64,000 bases of DNA from Octopus sinensis (taxonomy: Eukaryota). The DNA is taken from NCBI RefSeq assembly GCF_006345805.1, contig NC_043009.1:26474001-26538000 (forward strand). The letters run 5' to 3'. The stretch's first letter is position 1. Each line of letters begins with the position of its first letter. The notes beneath the pieces were generated by a model that saw only the letters and a program-made list of their open reading frames with translations, did not search any database and was not told the DNA's origin. The position numbers and the translations under genes are program-made. This document shows, one piece after another, positions 1-11,200 of this stretch.

Positions 1-1863
1 TGTTTTGGCAGTGGTTTTACAGCTGGATGCCTTTCCTAACACCAACCACAGACTGAAATGTGTGTTTTTATGTGGCACCAGCATCATCATCATTAAATGT
101 CTGTTTTCCATGCCGGTATGGGTTGGACAATTTCACAGGAGCTGGCAAGCCAGAGGACTGCACAACTGTCTGGTTTGGCAGGGTTTTTACAGCTGGATGC
201 CCTTCCTAACACCAACCACAGACTGAACTGTGTGCTTTTATGTGGCACCAGCACTGGTGAGGTCACCAAGTAACATGCAAGACAAAGATCCCTCGATCTA
301 GGTGATGAGAGGTCAGGGTATGGAAGAGGGACAGAAACAGGTGTTTCACTGTAGAGAAGATTCATGGTTAGCTCAGCTGGAGGGAGACAGCAAGAGAAAG
401 AGAGTGTGAGAGGGATGGTGGTGATGTAGGCATACTTGAGCGCTTACTCTCAAGGTACAAGGATGTGAATATAAATGTAATGGGAGAGGATTGCCCAGGG
501 TGCATGAGTAGGGAGTTAACGAAAGTGCAAAATCAAGAAAAGGTCAGGGTAGGGGGAGCGCAGTGAGGGGGAGGGTAAACAAAGGTGTATGCGGTGGGGA
601 CCGATAGGATAGCAACGATACAGTTGGCAGGGGTAGGACAGGAGAGAGAGAGAGATGACAAAGCGGTGTTGGGCTGCAGGAGTGGGGAGGGAGAGATAAG
701 CACAGGGCATGATGAACAGATGTCGTTTGATTCCTTGTCCCCCAATTCACTGACCATTCTACGTTGGAAGGACACACATACACACACAAAAATATGAAAG
801 GCAAAGCTGGCACTGGTGGGATTTGAACTCAGAGCACAGAGAAGCAGAACAAATAATACCCTAAGGCACTTTAAAATCAAATGCTCTCATAGTGCTTAGT
901 CAAGAAGTTGTCTATAGTGAGTTGAGAGCATGCAAACTCTCATACATAACATGGTGATAGCTCCATCTTCTTGACTAAACACTAGGAGGGCATTAGATTT
1001 TAAAGTGCCTTAGGGTATTATTTGTTCTACATCTCTGTGCTCCGAGTTCAAATCCCACTAGTGTCAGCTTTGCCTTTCATATTTTTGTGTGTGTATGTGT
1101 GTGCTTCCTTGATGCTAATGGCATTTCTGATTGCATAAGTTTTGAATTAAAATCTTCCATCAAACCTTAGTCACAATTTATGTTCTTAACACTAGCTTAA
1201 TGATAACCAAGTTATTTTATTAAATTCTTTGTTATATTTAAAATTAATTGAAAGAAAGACAAAGCATCTCAACACAAATACAGTAACAAAAGGATTAGAA
1301 TATATAATAGAGAAACAATTCTTAACCCTTTTGATACCAACCCACCTGAAACTGCCTCTGGCTTTGTTGTACAAATGTCTTGTTTTCATAAGTTTTGAAT
1401 TAAAATCTTCCACCAAACCTTAGTAACAATTTATGTTCATAACACTAGCTTAATGATAACTAAGTTATTTTACTAAATTCTTTGTTATATTTAAAATAAT
1501 TAAAAGAAACCCAGAGCATCTCAAAATAAATACGGTAGCAATATGGTTATTCCTGTTTCAGATCAGCATAATCTGAAGCAATGGTGACTGACAAAAGTTA
1601 CAACTTCCTGAGTGCTTTCAACTGGTTAAATCTGAACACGTTGCCACTCTTCCATCACTATAACACTTTCAATAAGTGAAATGACGAATGACATCACCAT
1701 AAAAAGATGTTGGCGTGTTTATATCCCCGTAAATTAGCAGTTCGGCAAAAGGGTCCAAAAGAACAAGTACTAGGCTTACAAAGAATAAGTCCTGGGGCCG
1801 ATTTCTTTGACTAGAAGCAGTGCTCCAGCATGACTGCAGTCAAGATGACTGAAACAAGCAAAA

Positions 1864-1929
<66 letters not shown>

Positions 1930-2213
1930 ATTATGTCATATGTAAACAAACATAAGTTTGTTTTTGAAGCATTGAAATGTATTGTATATATATATATATA
2001 TATAAGCATAACAAATGCGCAACCGGTAAAAAGAACTTTCACCTAATTAAATTACTTAAATTACTTCAATTATTTGTCAGCATTTTCTTCATTTCCTTTT
2101 TTATATATATATATATATATTATATATATATATATGTGTGTGTGTGTGTATATATATATTAAGTGTAGGAAGAAATGGAGCTGAACGAAGATTTAACAAA
2201 ATTCCTTTTTATT

Positions 2214-2285
2214 ATTTTCTACATATGTTTCGAAGGCTGCAAAGTCCCTAATTCGGATATTTTGCAGCCTTCTCTTCAGGAAAAT
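2214..2285 (-). ncRNA. Type I hammerhead ribozyme (mirror copy, shorter loop II)
   Basis: Minus strand: attttc CUGAAGA gaaggctgcaaa-atatccgaattagggac-tttgcagccttc GAAAC auau GUA gaaaat. Confidence 0.9.
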
Positions 2286-2829
2286 CCAGGAACTTAATTC
2301 TCCAACAAAATGCACAGCAAGCTTTTCGACAAACGCTCACGAGGAGCCCATGAAATAAATGGCACAAACTGTCTATCTATATGCGTAGACGCCAGACTGG
2401 GTGAAAGCAGAAGAGAATGTCCGTTGAGATAGTTCGAGGTCAGAATCCGGTTAGCAGAAGGGGGGTACAGGAAAATCAAAGAGTGTGGATGTATTCTGTA
2501 TGACTGGTGTTTATATTTGAATTATTTTAAGAATGAGTGCTAGAGTGTTTGAGTGTGAGAAATTTAGCACTCTAGCACTCATTCTTAAAATAATTCAAAT
2601 ATAAACACCAGTCATACAGAATACATCCACACTCTTTGATTTTCCTGTACCCCCCTTCTGCTAACCGGATTCTGACCTCGAACTATCTCAACGGACATTC
2701 TCTTCTGCTTTCACCCAGTCTGGCGTCTACACATGTAGATAGACAGTTTGTGCCATTTATTTCATGGGCTCCTCGTGAGCATTTGTCGAAAAGCTTGCTG
2801 TGCATTTTGTTGGAGAATTAAGTTCCTGG

Positions 2830-2915
2830 ATTTTCCTGAAGAGAAGGCTGCAAAATGGACTCCTTATTCAATCCGAATTAGGGACTTTGCAGCCTTCGAA
2901 ACATATGTAGAAAAT
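2830..2915 (+). ncRNA. Type I hammerhead ribozyme (intact core)
   Basis: stem I attttc/gaaaat; CUGAAGA 2836-2842; 12-bp stem II gaaggctgcaaa/tttgcagccttc; GAAA 2898-2901; palindromic stem III ACAUAUGU; GUA cleavage triplet 2907-2909. Confidence 0.9.
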
Positions 2916-3195
2916 AATAAAAAGGAATTTTGTTAAATCTTCGTTCCATTTCTTCCTACACTTAATATATAAAACTTCAAATTTCCGCACTAAGGCACGG
3001 ATTTTATGCCCCATGGTCGTAACTTCAACAGTGCTTTTTCTGTTGTGATTTTTGCTACCCAGGTATCGGTTATCATTTGAATTATCCGTAATAAGATAAT
3101 TCATTTATCTACTTCAATATGTATATATATATCAAATCACCTGGGCATTAACACAGGATCTCCTAACAACAATGTAAACTTCATATAACCAAGGT

Positions 3196-3290
3196 ACCCT
3201 TGGCCTGAAGAGTAGCTCATGGTCCACTCCTCGTCTGGATAATTACTACTTCTGAGGTTCTACTAGCTACGAAATATATGTAGTCTGGGT
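3196..3290 (+). ncRNA. Hammerhead ribozyme motif, different family, weakened stems I/III
   Basis: CUGAAGA 3205-3211; stem II gtagct/agctac; GAAA 3271-3274; U-G wobble in stem III; GUA 3280-3282; imperfect stem I acccttggc/gtctgggt. Confidence 0.6.
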
Positions 3291-4088
3291 CTTATCTACT
3301 CCATTCCCTAATTTTGGATATATATATATATATATATATATACTTATAACGGTCCTGTTTTCATACCAAATTCTACTTGGTGAAATTTATTGATTACTTC
3401 TTAATTAATTAATTTTACCCTTTGTTATTATATATATATATATATTATTTAGTCATTGTGATACTAATAACCTGGTGTAGTACTCAATATGTGTTTGCTT
3501 CTGAACAAAGCATTAGTTGAGTACAGAGCAGTAATAAGAAAAGAGATGAAAAAGGAATATATCATTATCTTATGGACTTAGTTACTCACACACTCAACTA
3601 TGGATCCACCACACCTTATAATTGAAACAGTTGTAAGTTTATGAAGTTCTTAAGATAATTAGAGAGAGAGAGAGAGAGAGTATCATTGTTAATAATTTGA
3701 ATAGAGATATCTTTAAAAACAAAAGTGCTCTAAGTCACCTGGATATGCACTGTAGATGCTGAAGTTATCGAATTTCTTTCTGCAAAAGAGATGTCTCCAT
3801 AACCTTTAAGTTTCCAAGATAAATAAAATTATGTTCTGCCATAACTCGAAAATAATTTCATTAAACACGAGTTACAAATATTGAAACAAAAATGAAAGAT
3901 TTTACCAAATATTGTAGCGTGCTGCAGTTCACTGAGACTTTATTGTATCAGTTCTTTTGTTAAATATTGTATTGTATGACTGTGTGATTAAGCTCGCTTT
4001 GTGTCCATATGGGTTTTGGGTTCAATCCCATGTGTGTCTTCTATTATAGTCCCAAGCCTACAAATACCTTGGTAGCCTATTGAAGATA

Positions 4089-5992
4089 CAGGGTGTCCCT
4101 AGAATTAACTATTTTAGTGAAACCAGGCAATTTTTTCAAAAACACTTTTATTTATGTTTATCATCTAATATAAAAAATGTGAATGTCAGTGTGTCACACT
4201 TTTTCAACTTTATTCCTTGACGCTGTAGCCCAACATATCATACCGTTTTGGAATCAGGTCAACTCTGTGAGTAAATTAAAAACATTCCAGGCCAAATCCA
4301 GACATGCAATCCTGAAATTTTTGATTCCCAAGTTTCCATTATTGCAATTGTTTTCAGCAATTTTTTTGCGACATATATTTTTGTACAATAACAATTTTTA
4401 CTAGCTGGAGCCATGGAAACTTCATGGAAAACAAAAAATGTAAGCATCTGTAAATAATAACTTCATTTACTAACTATCAAATAATTATGGGCATAACTAC
4501 AGATGTGTACCCTACTTATTTTGTTGCCTCGTAAATTCCATAAACAATCGCTTAGATCCTGTTGTTTGAGTGTATGTTAAGATTAGTTGGAAAAAATTTT
4601 TCTGGGGAGCTAAGGAGAGTAGTTTCAGAAAATTCACATGACCTAACATTTTCCGCCTCATAACTTTCAGGAAAATTGGATTTTTAATGAAATTTTATAC
4701 GAATACCTTTCAAATGACATAGAATAACTGTCACAATAGCTTTATTATATATCATCCAAAACAAAAAGTTTTCTCGCATTTTCCCTCTGAGAATAGCTTC
4801 ATTCTCTTTCACTATCATTTTCTTCCCCCTCCCTCCTATATGTCTCCTTGCCTCTAACCATTTCTCCTGCATTTAACGCAGTATATTCCTCTTACCTCTC
4901 AGTGATCTCTCTCACTCTCATTCTCTCATGTTTTCTTACTCTCTATTCTTTGCTGCCTTGCCTCTTACTTCAACTATACTTCTGCTTAACATGTTTCATT
5001 TTTCTCTTTTTACCACTTCCTTTCAACTAAGTGTGACACACACCACAGGTACATACGTACATAACTACGTAGGTATTAGCATATTAATATAATGATTTTT
5101 ATAACTTGGAAATAAATTTGGGAATAATCAAAATAAATTGCAAAATCCAGCGAGAGTCACCCATGAAATAGCCAAGGCTGCAGTGAGGAAAAAAGTCCCG
5201 TGCAAATGAAAACCCAGATCAAACAGTAGCCAGGAGAGCTTCCAATGCTGAGAATATGCAAATGCTTAGGAACTCTGAAACTCCTGAAAAGGCTGCATCC
5301 ATGATAGCATCGAATGCTCTTACCAAGAGAAAAGGAGAGCTTCCAGTGTAACCAACATGAGAAAAATAAGGGATTCAGAAACAGTGGAGCAATCAGAAAG
5401 CAGGAGAGCTTCTAATATTGTACAGGGGCTAGCTTAAAAGCTGTCCAATAGGGTGGCTTTTAAGCTTGTGTTTAATATGTTTAAAATTTTGCTTATAATT
5501 TTTATAATTTTTTATACAATTTTATTTTTATTCCCGTTGGAACCCCCTTATCTGTCCACAACAGCTTTTTTTTTTTCAATTTGGCTGCAATCATTTTCTC
5601 TACTTCCATCGCCAGGATGGAGCATTAGTTTAGGTGAACTTAAAGAACGCATTCAATTAGCAGTGCAGGAGATAAATACTGACATGTTTCAAAATGTGTT
5701 TCACAATGCTGAAGATAGATTTGAAATTTGCAGGGACAGAGATGGAGCACATACTGAAAATTTTCAATCAAGTTTTCACGTAAGATATATAAATCTATTT
5801 GTTTTGATATCATAATTAAGTAATATAGGTGTGAGAGTAGCTGTGTGGTAAGTAGCTTGCTTACAAACCACATGGTTCCAGGTTCAGTTCCACTGCATGG
5901 CACTTTGGGCAAGTGTCTTCTACTATAGCCTCGGGCCAACCAAAGCCTCATGAGTGGATTTGGTAGACAGAAACTGAAAGAAGCCCGTCGTA

Positions 5993-6044
<52 letters not shown>

Positions 6045-6360
6045 TATATATATATGTGTGTGTGTGTGTGTTTGTGTGTCAGTGTTTGTCCCCACAACAT
6101 TGCTTAACAACCGATGATGGAGTGTTTATGTCCCCGTAACTTAGCAGTTCAGCAAAAGAGACCAATAGAATAAGTACTAGGCTTACAAAGAATAAGTCCT
6201 GGGGTCGATTTGCTCAACTAAAGATGGTACTCCAACATGCCCACAGTCAAATGACTGAAAGAAGTAAAAGAGTAAAAGTGTAATAAATATAAAAAATTCT
6301 GATAGTTTTTATAAAATTATCTCAATTTCACTGAAACATAGTTAATTCTGGGACACCCTG
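4089..6360 (+). mobile_element. Non-autonomous Tc1/mariner element with TA TSDs, transposase remnants and a nested SINE (5827-6278)
   Basis: TA|CAGGGTGTCCC(T)AGAATTAACTAT ... ATAGTTAATTCTGGGACACCCTG|TA; C-terminal transposase-like peptide LGELKERIQLAVQEI...RFEICRDRDGAHTE at ~5630-5765. Confidence 0.8.
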
Positions 6361-6918
6361 TATTTATAAGATCAGTTAGATATGACAATTTTCCCTATAC
6401 TACAATGCCTTTTAGCTGCAAAACTAAAAAATCTATATACCAAAATCTTTCCCTTTTCAAGACTCAAAGCAAAAATGTGACTCATTTTTCCTTGTTTTCT
6501 TTGTTATTTAGGTTTGTATGTTATATATCTCAAACTCACTTTTAGAATACATATACCAATATTTCACCTGAACTACAACACAAACACATATATTCAGCAA
6601 AAACATATCTTTATATTTTTATTTTTCATATATATATACATGCATAGAATAAAAATATTCCCCACTTACGTTAAGAAGGTAAACTTGTATTAATTGCACA
6701 AAAATATATATGCATATAAATTAGAAAATATTGATACACTTTCAACATTTTTTGACAGTATTTTTCATACACACACACCTGTTTTGGCTGAGATCATACA
6801 GAAATTATATGAAAATGATAAATTTTTAGTCACCACTCATACCTATGGATCTTATAAACACACACATAGACACACACATATATTATATATACACAGAAAT
6901 ACACACACATACACTCAA

Positions 6919-6960
<42 letters not shown>

Positions 6961-6971
6961 ATATATATATA

Positions 6972-8264
6972 TCAGGTCATGAAGAATGAAATATCCTATT
7001 TTGAACTGAAAGTTTATTTTACTTATTTTACTTTATCTCAACATAAAGCAATGCAATTAGTCAAAGTATGCACCTAAATTATCAACACGACTTTGCCATT
7101 TTACCAGTAGCTTATTTATGCCGGTAGCAAAGAATTCTAGAGAGTAAGAGGTGACGAAGTCGCGAAAGGCTGTTTTTGCATCTTCTTCAGATTTGAAGTT
7201 TTTTCTTGCCAAAAGTTGTCTTATGCCTGAAAAATGCGATAGTCAGTTGGTGTAAGGGCTGAGGAATAAGGTGGATGACAGAGTACTTCCAAGTTCAGTT
7301 CCAGTAACTTAAGTAGCATTCTTTGTGCAACATGTTGTTGAGTATTGTCTTGCAAGAGAATCGGTCTGTCTCTATTGACCAATCTCAGTTGTTTAATTGC
7401 AAATTCATTCATCATTTCATCCAACTGGTTGATGTATACATCTGCTGTAATTGATTTACCAGGTCTCATGAAGCTGTAGTGGATGATACCAACGCTGGGC
7501 CACCAAGCAGACACCATTAGCTTTCTTTGATGAATATTCTGTTTTGGATTGTGTTTTGATACTTTGTCTCTATCCAACCACCATGCAGAATGCTTGCTAG
7601 TGTTGAAAAGAATCCATTTTTCATCACACATAACAATACAATGCAAAAATGGTTCACTTTTATGCCTGGACAGCAAAGAACAGCAAGTTTCAAGATGACA
7701 TGTCATTTGATGCTCGTTCAGTTTGTGTGGTATCCACTTGTCCAGCTTCTTTACCTTGCCGATTTGTTTCCGATGGTCCAATACAGTTGGAATCAAAACA
7801 TCAAACCTTGCTGCTAACTCATGCATAGTTTGAGATGTATCCGCTTCCACTACAGTTTCCGGTTCATCCTTATCCACCTTGGTTTCAGGTCTACCACAGG
7901 GCTGATTTTCAAGAGTAAAGTCACCAGACCAGAACTTCTCAAACCATCAACATACATCTTCACCAAATGCCACATCTTCACCAAACACCTCATTGATGTT
8001 TGGAGCTGTCTGAGATGCATTGGTTCCACTATGGAACTCATATTCATAAACAACACAAATTTTTTATCTATCCATGGGAACACAGAAATTCATTTACAAG
8101 AGAAAACCCACAATATAATCAAACACCATGAACTGCATTTCAAAAAGTGATTATGTAAGTCTTCAATGTTTTAAAACAAAGAATTGTCAGGATAAAACAT
8201 TAGAGTTAATGACTGTCAAGCTTGGTGCATAAGAAAATCGGACATTGCATTCTTAATGACTTCA
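6972..8264 (-). mobile_element. Full-length (~1.3 kb) mariner DD34D element, transposase frameshifted
   Basis: ORF 7221-7877 with W.PH.L, CDEKWI, LLQDN, HPPYS..L.PTDY motifs; N-terminus in another frame near 8060; ~30-bp TIRs (tatcaggtcatgaagaatgaaatatcctatttt / tatgaagtcattaagaatgcaatgtccgatttt) with flanking TA. Confidence 0.92.
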
Positions 8265-9415
8265 TACTATACACACACACACACACACACAAGCTCCGTA
8301 TAACACCTACCAAATTTCACTTACAAGGCATTGATCTACCAGAGGGCCATGAAGCGGAAGCAAACCCAAAGCCACACAGTTACATAACAAACATGTTAAC
8401 CACACAGCCACGCCTGTATCAGAGCTGAATCCTTAAAGAGACAAGCCAATCGTGGGGAGGGTCACGTCATGATTATTTGATTTGCTAGAAACAGTAACTT
8501 GTAAATTTCACTCAAACCCACATCCCTATGATCTTTCAACAAAAGTAAGGAATCAGGTTAACAGAAATCAGTTATTAATGAAAAGCTGGGATGGTCACAT
8601 GCGGAAAGCCTTCGATGTTAAGTTTAGTCAATCAGAGCTGACCTGGTTGGCTAAACAGCACAACGAAGAAACAGATGATTTATGATGCAGTGTCCACTTT
8701 GCTCCAATCTGGGTTGAAATTCTGCTTGGAGGTAACTTTACCTTTCATACATAAAAGTTTAATAAAATGAAATCAATGTCATGTACTCAGATCAATCACA
8801 TTATAAACCCTTGCTTCGAACAGTTCTGGCTTTGTGCCAAGTGGAAAAAAAAAAGTAAAAGAAAAAATCTATATTTATTTAAATTGAATTTGGCTGATAA
8901 TCTTCAGAAGTGTGTGAGATGAACTTCACTGGCCCTGTTAGGTCATCAGAGCACTGACCAGTTGGTCTTCGCATCATTCATACAATATAAGATTTCACAC
9001 ACATACATACACCACCACAACCACCAACACTACCACCACCACACCACCACCACCACAACCACCACCACCATCATCATCATCATCATTAGTACAATTCTAC
9101 AAGTTTTTATATTGCTTCTTCTAATGCAAACAATGTCACTTCTGCAGCATTATATTTTGTAAATCTATAAATATGAAAGTTCTCTTTATTTCTCTCTCTC
9201 TCTCTCTCACACACACCCTTTCTGTTTTGCCTTTTTACTTGTTTCAGTCATTAGGCTATGGCCATGCTGGGGCACGGCCTTGAATGGCTTAGTCAAACAA
9301 ATCGACCCCAAGACTTCTGCTCACTTTCTTGCTGTACTGCTTAGTTACAGGGACATTAATAAACCAACACTGATTATGAAGTGGGGGAGATAAATACACA
9401 TGCACGCAAACACAG

Positions 9416-9450
<35 letters not shown>

Positions 9451-9954
9451 ATAAAAAAAAACAAAGGAAGAGCATAACGTAAGGACATGGTACATGCAAA
9501 GATTTAGCAGATGCACAGGAAAGGAATGAAAGTTAGTTTTACATTTTGAGCAAAGCTCTTCTTCAGGAAACAGGAGACAGAGGAAAGTTCAAGAGAAAAG
9601 GAAGACAGAGGGAAAAAATTGCCAACGATCCACATGTAGTTACATTTATATATATATATGATGATGGGATTTCAGAATCCATCTACCAAATCTGCTCAGA
9701 AACTTAACCAAGGTGGAATCATGCAGTTGGGAAGCAGATTTCTTACCACGCAGCCATGTCAGCACCTATATGTGTGTGTATGTGTGTGTGGCTGTGTGGT
9801 AAGAAGCTTGCTCCCCAACCACATGGTTCTGGGTTCAGTCCAACTGCATGGCACCTTCAGCAAGTGCCTTCTACTATAGCTTCAGAATGACCAAAGCTTT
9901 GTCAGTGGATTTGGTAGACAGAAACTGAAAGAAGCCCATTGTATATATATATAA

Positions 9955-9993
<39 letters not shown>

Positions 9994-10005
9994 CGGTAAC
10001 GGCAC

Positions 10006-10280
10006 ATGGTTCAGTGGTTAGAGCATCAGGTTCACAATCATGAAGCAGTGAGTTTGATTCCCAGACCAGGCCGTTACCCCAATTCACTCAGCTGTAGAAA
10101 TGAGTTGGGACATCACTAGTACCAAGCTATATCAGCCTTTGCATTTCCCTTGGACAACATCAGTGGTGTGGAGAGGGAAGGATGGTATGCATGGGCAACT
10201 GCTGGTCTTCCATAAACAACCTTGTCCGAACATGTGCCTCAAAAGGGGAACTTTCTAGGTGAAATCTCATGATCATACAT
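10006..10280 (+). mobile_element. tRNA-headed SINE, further family
   Basis: ggttcagtggttagagcatc...gagtttgattccc head, cactcagctgtagaaatgagt core. Confidence 0.6.
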
Positions 10281-10989
10281 GACCGAAGGGGATCTTTACT
10301 CTGTGTGTGTGTCTATATGCATGTATGTATGTATATGTGTGTGTTTTTGTTTGTACCCCCCACCACGACTTCACAACCAATGGTGGTGTATTTGTGACCC
10401 CGTAACATAATGGTTCAGCAAAAGAGGCTTAAAAAAAGCCCTGGGATCAATTTGTTCAAATTCCTGTAGTACTGTAGTAGAACCTAGCAATGAGTATATG
10501 GAAAGGAGATCCACTCTGAACCACAGCCTGTAGAATACTGCCTCAACAAGTCTCGTCCAACCCATGCCAGCATGAAGAAAGAATAGAAGCAAATGTAATA
10601 ACAGCAGTGGTGATGTCAGTGGCTGTAGTGATATTCTGTTTCAATGTGCAAGATTCAGAAGAATATGGTGGTAGAATGATGATGGTTAAGGTGCCTGGAT
10701 GACATAGTTTGTAAACTAAAACTTTGGAAAGAAAGAAAATGGTAAATATATAAATAAATAAAAGTCAAGACCAGGCAGTGCTCCAGCATGGCCATAGTGA
10801 AATGACTGAAACAAGTCAAATATGTGTGTGTGTGTGTGTGTGCATGTGTGGTGTGTGTGTGTGAATTTTTCAGCTTACATCCATTTTTCTATGCTAGCAT
10901 CGGTTAGATGAATATATTACTGAGACATTGTTTTACTGCTGGAGTCAATTACTTTTTAAACTCCTCTATTACAGGCTTAGAGAACTATA

Positions 10990-11200
10990 CACTACACTTG
11001 AACAAAGACTGACAACTGAGCCCTGGTGGACAATTCCCTGTATGCTAAATTTCCTGCTAATTCTCAAATCACTGACAACATCTCTGTCCATGAATTACAT
11101 AGCTTTCGCAAGCCATTGATACACACCAAGGTTTCTCAGTAACCACTACTCTACAGTGCATGATGAAGGCCTCTGATAAATTCTAGGTAGAGTGACTTAT
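10990..11200 (-). pseudogene. Decayed RTE-clade reverse transcriptase fragment
   Basis: Minus translation WLLRNLGVYQWLAKAM*...IQGIVHQGSVVS resembles RTE RT W.LRKLGV.EW.../GVHQGS.LSP. Confidence 0.65.

Larger units (their letters stand above)
2154..3300. mobile_element. Penelope-like element remnant: inverted pseudo-LTR pair (2154-2547 / 2568-2970) plus downstream pLTR-like sequence
   Basis: ~395-bp near-perfect inverted arms around a 20-nt spacer, each arm carrying a minimal hammerhead. Inverted pLTRs with minimal HHRs are characteristic of Penelope-like elements. No RT/GIY-YIG ORF seen. Confidence 0.7.

Noticed and set aside
9535-9572. Minimal hammerhead on the minus strand (CUGAAGA agagc ttt gctc AAAAU GUA)
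   Set aside because: Essential G12 is replaced by A and the first stem I pair is broken; decayed Penelope-type relic
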